Positions 53,216-62,200 of a DNA stretch of 64,000 bases are shown piece after piece. A program made the translations under genes and the position numbers. Location: the NCBI RefSeq assembly GCF_006345805.1, contig NC_043012.1, forward strand, positions 33,108,001 through 33,172,000, written 5' to 3'. The stretch is from Octopus sinensis. Taxonomy: Eukaryota. Each line of letters starts with the position of its first letter. The stretch's first letter is position 1. The notes below the pieces were generated by a model. It saw only the letters and a list, made by a program, of their open reading frames with translations. It ran no database searches and was not told the origin of the DNA.

Positions 53216-56200
53216 CACACACACATACATACATACACACATACGCACACGCATACAGACATACATATTTTTATGTATGCTATTTTCCTGTTACAGTTGT
53301 CGTCTCAAATTATTAGCAACCCTGCAGATAAGATACAAATGGCTGTGGATGTACTTTACATTTGTGAACGGTAAATAATATAATTGATTTATTATATTAG
53401 CTTTGAATTTATTTATTTTTTATTAAATATTTTTTCTTGATAATTTATAAAATATCTATTTTAAGTTTTTAACATTTAAGCTAACTCGATCTATTCAATA
53501 AAAAAAAAAAATGTTCACCTTAATGATTGTGTAATTTTCTTCAAACTAACCGTGTCAGTCCTTAATTAAATGTTTAAAACAAATTCTTAAGAGTTTAAAA
53601 CAGCTCATTCTTAATGCACTAATTCAACCTCATTTTGTGTAGCATTCTACTTTGAAATCTGTTTTTCTCCTATTTTCAGTGATGATCAACTCAACAAAGC
53701 AGAAAGTATTATCAAATGTCTTCCAAATAAAATTCAGGGGTGAGTTAATCCATCATTTCTGACTGAGAGTTCTTGTAATTCTTTAATATGTTATTTTCTT
53801 TTAGTATTTTGTACAAGCAGAAGGACCTTAACTTTATTTGTGTATATAAATGTTTGTGTGGATCGGATGGGAAAAGTAGTGAACTCCATTGATAATAGTT
53901 TCTTAAATATAAGTGCTGGCAAGGCTTTGCAGTAACAAGCTTGCTTCCCAACCACATGGTTCCAGGTTCAGTCCCACTGCATGGCATCTTGGGTAGGTGT
54001 CTTCTACTATAACCTTAGGCCACCAAAGCTTTGTGAATTGGATAGATGGAAACTGAAAGAAGCCTGTCATATATATAATTGGAAAGAAAGTACAGATGAT
54101 GGAAATAAGAGTCCTGCCTGGAGAAGGCTGCAGTTAGCAAATTCAGAGATTGTTGCCGAGGTGATAGAAAATGGTTCTGCTGAAGAATAGTGCTTAAAGT
54201 GTGATGGTAGTTGAAACTTTCTCAGTCGGTTGGATTGCCTTCTTTTGGATGTAGACCTCTACCATCCCAGATGTGTAAGCAGTGGCTCAATATTGGTCAG
54301 ATAGGAATGTCTGATCTAAGAAATGAGAGCTGGATGAATGCTGTAAGCAGGAAACTTAGCTAAACTGTTCTTATACCAGACATGGTTATGGGCTTTGTTG
54401 ATATCAAGTGCACCAACATTGCTTTCATTGAGGCTACCAAGAATGAAAGACTGCTGATGAGTGGCAGAAAAGAGCAAGTCTCTGGTAGATCTAACTGTAG
54501 TCATGGAAAATATAGATTTTATATAGAAGTTTGATGTTCTTCATTTTCAGTTTCATTTTTTGGCGATGGAGTTGGATATAAAAATATCTACTAATATTTT
54601 GGTAAATTTTAAATAGATTAAACTAAAATGCAGTTAATTAGTATGTCTATATTGTAGGATTTCATATCTTTCATATGATGATTTGAAAAATTTTGTTAGC
54701 TGAGATTATCTGTGTTGTTAGCAGATGGGAGTTTCGAGCTGCTAATTGCATAGATAACCTGAAATAATAAAAAAAAAAATTTTAACTCCCTATATTACAT
54801 ATGTGTCGTTAGTATGCAGGACATTTCTTTGATGTATTTTCTCTGTCATGTTATGGATGTTTAGAGTAATTAGTTGCTTTATTTTCTCATGAGCTAAAAA
54901 TATATTTCTCTCCATTTCTACAAAGACATTTCCCTATTTCATTACCTTACTGATTTAGTAGATACAGTTCTTTCTTTTTTTTAATGTCAATTTGATATGT
55001 TTTTGTGTTATAGACCAGGATCTTACATACAAGATCTCCATAAACAGAAAGAACGTTTGGAAAGCCACATATGGTAAGTACTTTGTAAACGACTTGCTGG
55101 AAAGGTTCCATTTATGAACTTATTTGATCTGTTTTATTGATTAAACAATATCGTTAAGCTATAACCATTACTGTATTTGTTTCCTTAAATACAGTAATAT
55201 ATGTATTTAAATGTAAAACATCTGTTGTGACAATTCATCTTCAAAGTTACAGTATTGTCAAAAAAAATTTTTTTTGATTAAAGATTTTGGTTCTTCTGTA
55301 TTCAAACTTTTTTGAAATCTTTTGTCTGCTACTACAAGTGTTACATTCTGCCAAGATCTCACTGGAATATATCATGCATTCATCTCAATTACCTTGTACT
55401 CACAGACTCATTGGAACAAAGCTCAGCTTTTATGTAGTTACATCCATAAAAAATCACTGGAAAAGTTTTGATAGAGAAAGAGAGTGTAAACTGTACACAT
55501 TTGCATGTTATTGAAGGAACTGGAAGGACATTTTGATATCAATAAGAATTAACTCCTCTTAAAGCAAATGGATTTAAAAGGTCACCTGTGCTAGTACATG
55601 TAAAAGACACCCAGTACACTCTGTAAAGTGGTTGGCATTAGGAAGGGCATCCAGCCATAGAAACCAAGCGAAAACAGATCACTGGAGCCTGTTGCAGTTC
55701 TCAAGCATATCAGCTCCACTCAGTCTGTCTAACCCATGCCAGCATGGAAAACGGATGTTAAATGATGATGAATTCGTTATTAATTGATGTCTGTATCACA
55801 AATCTTCCAAATAATTGGAAGTGTTTCGGAATTTGGCAATTGTTGCCTGTGAAATAAAAATGAATTTTGAATGTCTGAAAATAAGGTTAGCACAGTTCAC
55901 TGAAAATTTCTGATAAGAGATATGCACCTTGTGTTATATCCAGAGATGGATTGTGATATCAAAAATGTACATTTTTGCTTGTTTATCACATGCTTTTTTT
56001 TCATTTGTTTTAAAAATAGTTTTGTATTGTGAATGTATCAAATATAACTATACTTTTATTTGTTTGTGTACTATACAAATTTTAGGGCTGCCAAAATTTT
56101 TGAAGAGAATGGCTTAAAACAAACCATTTATTCCATTAAGTTGTCACAGGTAAATAACCTTAATTTAATATTTTGTAACAATCCAATTATGTTTATCCCT

Positions 56201-59200
56201 ATAACCACAGACATGCATTCGTGTGCTTATTTTACATTGTGATTTTCACAACCTTTCTAGTTTTCTTTTCACCTGCTGATATTGCTGAACTTCGATGTAT
56301 CTCTCATAACTAATTACCAAGGGTGGGACCTATTGCTCACAAATAACTTTCTTGTAGCTAAGATAAGAAATATCTAGTATTCAATCTGTGTGTATACATA
56401 TGCCGGGTCACTTGAGTCACTTGAGTAATGCTACTAGTAACATATAATTCATTGGGTTATTTGTGACTAAACTGGCATCTCCACTGGACTAGTTTTATGA
56501 CAAAGGTTACCGGAAACCTGGCTGGACTTAAACTTGTCAAAAGGATGGGTGAGCCTAATGTAGGGTTGAGGACTGCCGAGCAATAGTTCAGGGATTTAGA
56601 AATTCCATTGCTATAAGACCACTAGGCATCAGGTTTTGTTTATTTTTTTTATTAAAGTATACCTTTGGGGAGAAGGTTATTCTTATATAAAAAAAAAAGC
56701 CTTTTAACATTACTGAGAGATATTGCTTTGGTTTTTCTCTTAACTATTTGGCTTTGACAATGAGCTGTTGCAGTGTTGTGCAAGCAGTTCTTCAATTTTG
56801 CATGGTATGCTGCTGTTTTCTGGATTTAGAGCGGCTATCTGGGATTGTTGCCAGAGCGGCTATCTGGGATTGTTGCCAGAGCGGCTATCTGGGATTGTTG
56901 CCAGAGCGGCTATCTGGGATCGTTGCCAGAGCGGCTATCTGGCCTCTGTGCCCATGGCACGTAAAAAATACCATTCGAGCGTGATTGTTACCAGCATCGC
57001 CTTACTGGCACCTGTGCCGGTGGCATGTGTAAAAGATGCGAGCGAGGTCATTGCCAATGCCGCCTGACTGGCCTCGTGCCGGTGGCACATAAAAAGCACC
57101 CACTACACTCTCAGAGTGGTTGGCGTTAGGAAGGGCATCCAGCTGTAGAAACTCTGCCGGATCAAGATTGAAGCCTGGTGCAGCCTTCTGGTTTGCCAGC
57201 CCTCAGCCACACGTCCAACTCATGCTAGCATGGAAAGTGGACGTTAAAAGATGATGATGATGATGTAGATTTATATATATATATTACGGAGATGTACTCG
57301 CATAGCAAGTGATTTGATCTGAGATTGTGTGCTGGAACGAAAACAATTGCAGCGTGGAAGGTGTTTGTAAGCCATTTAAGAAACACACAAAAGCCATTCG
57401 ATTCACTTCAACATTTAAGTTTAATTTGTCAAAATATTTTCGTCGCTAAAATCCGCGACCTGTTCACTGACAAAAATTCGTGCTTCATCTGAGAAAGTTA
57501 CAGTTTGTTCGTCATATATATGTATGTATGTGTGTATGTATGTATACACGCATGTATGCATGCATGCTTGTATGTATGTATGTACGTACATACGCCTGTG
57601 TGTATGTATGTATGTATGTATGTATGTATGTATATATGTAAGTATGTGTGTGTATATGCATGCACATACACACTATAAACTTAAAGCTATAAACCTGTAG
57701 TGATGGATAGATGTAGACTGACCACTCATCACAATAATATCAAATTTCAACCTTCCCTGCCGAAACTAGGAAGTGATTTACGACCCTCACCCCCAAAACA
57801 AAACTCTAAAACCTATAATCAGACATTTATCTCTATATCACAAAACTTTTGTTTTACTATTGCTTGTTTTTTTTTTTTCTCCCTTACATCTAGTTAGTTC
57901 AGGTTAAATATATATACGTATGTATGTATGTATGTATGTATGTGTGTATGCACGTACGTATGCATGTACGTATGTATGTATACGCGCACGTATGCATGTG
58001 CCTATGTATGTGTGTGTGTACATGTACGTGCGTATGTACGTGTGTATGCCCATATGTAGGTATGTATGTATGTTTGTACTCATGTGCTACGTATGTATGT
58101 GTGTATCTAGGAGAATGGGCAGACGCGACTGTGTGTGTGTGTACATGTGTATGTGAACGTATGTCCGTGTACTGGTATGTGTCCGTCCAAGTTGTGTACA
58201 TGACTGTTACTTTGTTGAAGGTTGTATATATACACACATATATGTAATATAATATAATCAAATCATCATCATCATCATCATCATCGTTTAACAAATGTTA
58301 ATATATATGCATATTCTTATATGTATTTGCTTTGATATGTATATTCTTGTATATATACATCTGGTATGTGGTTGCACAATTGACTTAGAACTACAATGCA
58401 AAACAGACTTTGTATTGAAAATCTGATCAAACTATGGTTGTGGTTTCTTGTAAGAGATTGGGACAGTGTTAAGACAATGCAAGATGGTGAAGAGAAGCAG
58501 AACATAATAATGAAGGTAAGTGTTAGCAAATAATTAGGTAAAGGTAAAGACCTCCTTCAGTCATGTCTGACCATGGGATTGCACCTAGAATGTTATTCCC
58601 CGAGGCACAAACCCAGACAAGATTGTTTATGGAAGACCAGCAGTCGCCCATGCATACCAGTCTCCCCTCTCCATGCCACTGATGTTATCCAAGGGAAAGA
58701 CAAAGGCCGATACAGCTTGGCACCAGTGATGATGTTGCAATTCATGTCTGTAGCTGAGTGAACTGGAGCATCCTGAAATGAAATGTCTTGTTCAAGAACA
58801 CAACACATGGCCTGGTCTGGGAATCCAACTCACTACTTCATGATTGTGCCATTATATGGTAGTAAAACATTTAATGGAGATGTGGATTTATGACTTTATA
58901 GATGCCTGGTAGAATGAGGGACTTGGAATAAATGCTAACTGGAAGAAAAATTGTTTGTCTTACTATCTATTTGTAGGAATCGGAAACAGCAGCCAGAAAT
59001 ATGCTAGTAAAGCTCACACGAGCGGCCGGAAGAAGGTAAGTGTTACTGTCTATTACTTCAATATTGAAGGGATCTGTTTCAGAGTTTCATTAATTAACTA
59101 AATAAGTTGATCATTTAAATATATCTCTTATAGTTACATAAATGAAAACTTTCAGTAGAGTGGCTGAGTGTGAGGCAGTGTGTTAGACCACTTTCTAGTG

Positions 59201-62200
59201 GTTAGACCTGGTGGGTGGGCAGGCAGGCAAGGCACTATACTACACTAAACTACACTATGGAGTGGCTGGTGCTAGGAAAGGGCATCCAGCTATACAAGAA
59301 CAGACAATGGTGCCTGGTGTAGCCCCTGGCTTTACCAGTTCCAGTCAAACCATCCAACCCATGCCAGCATGGAAGATGGATGGTAAATGATGATGACATA
59401 ACAGGCTTTTTTTCAGTTTCTGTCCACCAAATCCACTCTTTGGCTTTGTTTGGCCTAGGGCTATAGTAGAAGACTCTTGCCCAAGGTGCCACACAGTGGG
59501 ACTGAATCCATAACCATGTGGTGGGAAGCAAACTTATACAACCATGCCTGTGCCCATGGGTTGCAAAATGAATTTCTTAACCACACAGCTGTACCTGTGT
59601 AATATACTGGATACAATTAAGGTGATCAACTTTTTATCTCTTATTTGCTTCATTCATTAGACTGCAGCCATGCTGGGGCACCATCTTGGAGAATTTTGGT
59701 TGAATTAATTGACCCCTAGTTCTTAAGTGCAAGCCATTAAGTTACGGGGACGTAAACACACCAACAGCAGTTGTCAAGCAGTTGTGAGGGACAAACACTC
59801 ACACACACACATATGATGAGCTTCTTTCAGTTTCCATCTACCAAATCCACTCATAAGGCTTTGGTTGGCCTGAAGCTATAGTAGATGACGCTTGCCCCAG
59901 GTGCCACACCATGAGACTGAACCTGGAACCATGTGGTTGGGAAGCAAACTTCTTACTGCACAGCCATACCTGTGCCAATGTCTATTGAGAAAATTTATTC
60001 AAAATTTGATCAAAGGCCTTCCATTTGTGACCATGTAGTCTTTTATTCAGACATAATGTATCTAGGTGAAATACACCTCGAGACATGTATAGTGTGATAT
60101 TAGAGATATTTGGCTGCTGTTTCTAACAGATCAAGTAACCATGGAGAAGCCCTCTTGTTGTGCTTAGTTTAGAAGATAGGTAACTCTTTTCAAAAGCGCC
60201 TTTCCCATTTGGAATGGCTATTGCATTTATATAGCAATCATTGAACCAGGAGGAAAATTCTATGGGGAATCTGTTCAGTCTGTAAATCTGTGGATGTTTG
60301 TGATAAAATAATGGCAGATTAAAATCTTTTTTTTTTGTTTTTTTCTGCAATCAATTAGGACTAATTAATGTGTTCATTTTCTAGGACTCCAAGTTTAAAT
60401 GAAAAGGGCTGGATTTCTTTACATGCCAATGTCATGCACTTACAAGAGAAGCTTTTCAACCAGATCAGCGTTGCTGAAACGTTGGAGGTAGATTTTCTTT
60501 ACTTTCTTTTTTTTTATCAATTTCATTATTATAAATTTTGGTTTTAAGATTGAATAAAAAAAAAAGAAGCAAAACAAAGCAAAGACTTTGAAGAGAGCAT
60601 GTGGTTATATTTGTACTACTGTTAGTACTTGGGAATAAAAAAATATATAGAGGACATATCAGACTGGAGCGTTGTGCAGCCTCTTGGCTTCCCAGACCCC
60701 AGTTGAACCATCCAACCCGTGCTAGCATGGAAAACGGACGTTAAACGATGATGATGATAATGAATTGAATGAGGGTTCAGAGTATATAAATGCACAATGT
60801 CATTTGGTAATACTACATATATCGTATAGATTCATGTTGTGTGTACCCCGTTTATTATAATGTTTATGAAAATGTTATATGAGGCACTTTTTATCTCTTG
60901 GCAGATCTTTGTTGCAAGTCTATTATGCTCCAGCAATTTGGACACCATCCGTTTGGCTAAGAACTACATTGCAAGAAAACATGGTGATTCCAGATCATCA
61001 CAAGGCGATGGCTTTATAAAGGTACCATTTGAGAGAACTGTAAAGTTAGTCCTGTCAGCATCTCAGGAATACTTCAACTCGGCTTTAGACTTATCGCATT
61101 TTTCTATGGAAATGGCTCAGTAAGTATGGACGTATTTTCTTCTGTTAAGATTATGTAAAAATACAATTTATTTTATATAATGAATAATTAATGCTGTTTA
61201 ATTAGGTTCTTACTGTCCAGTGTATGTGGTTAGCTTTTATCTTTTACTCAGGCTACGATCATGCTGGTGCACTCAACTGCAGTACATGCCTTTCCTGTTG
61301 CCAACCCTCACCTGTTTGCAAGCACAGTAATATTTCACCATAGCCAGACATCTTCTCACAGAATATTTGAAATGAACAACTCTGCTAGTAGGACAGTGAG
61401 AATCATTTAAGGAACTATCATGCAATGCCATGACAAGGAAACATAAAGATACATGCATTCACATATACATACATGTTTACACTCATGCATGTCTAATATA
61501 CATGATAGATTGTTAGCTCCTACACGCATTTTTTCTCTCCTTGTTTTTTTCTGTGTATCTTTCTGTTGAAGAGCGTAGGCTCGAAACATAAAAGACTTTC
61601 TATTCCTGAGTACTATACTAATACATTTGTTTGTTTGTACTTCACCTGCCTTCGTCTTTTGTTTATTTTCGTAAACTTTCCCTTTATATATATATATATA
61701 TATATATATACAAAATTTAGAGGATTGATCACTAAACGATTACCTATGTACTAATTAGTACATAGGTAATCGTTTTTTATTTTGTATATTTTCATTTGTC
61801 TTGCTTGTTTTTATACTTTGTTTTTTGCTGGATTTTTTCTTGAGAACACATTCTCCGTGGAAAATGGTGATTTTGACGTCTATATCTAGCATACAGGCTG
61901 TCCACTTTTAATGGTCAGTCCTCTAAATTTTGTATGTAAAAAAATTTTTAATCTTCGGATTTTTTAAATATGCTAGGCCACTGGTTTTAATTGATTAATA
62001 TCAATTTCTACCCTTATTTAATTTTATATATATATTTAAAGGGTAAAGACGCCCTTTTGTCATGAATGACCATGGGATTGCACCTAGAAAGTTACCCTCC
62101 CAGGCACAAGTTCGGGCGAGGTTGTTTATGAAAGACCAGCAGTTGCCCATGCATACAAGTCTTCCCTCTCCATGCCACCAATGGTATGAAAGGGAAAGGC

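Noticed and set aside
57899-58294. His/Thr/Tyr-rich and Cys/Val-rich ORFs (also 1229..1537)
   Set aside because: Translations of microsatellites
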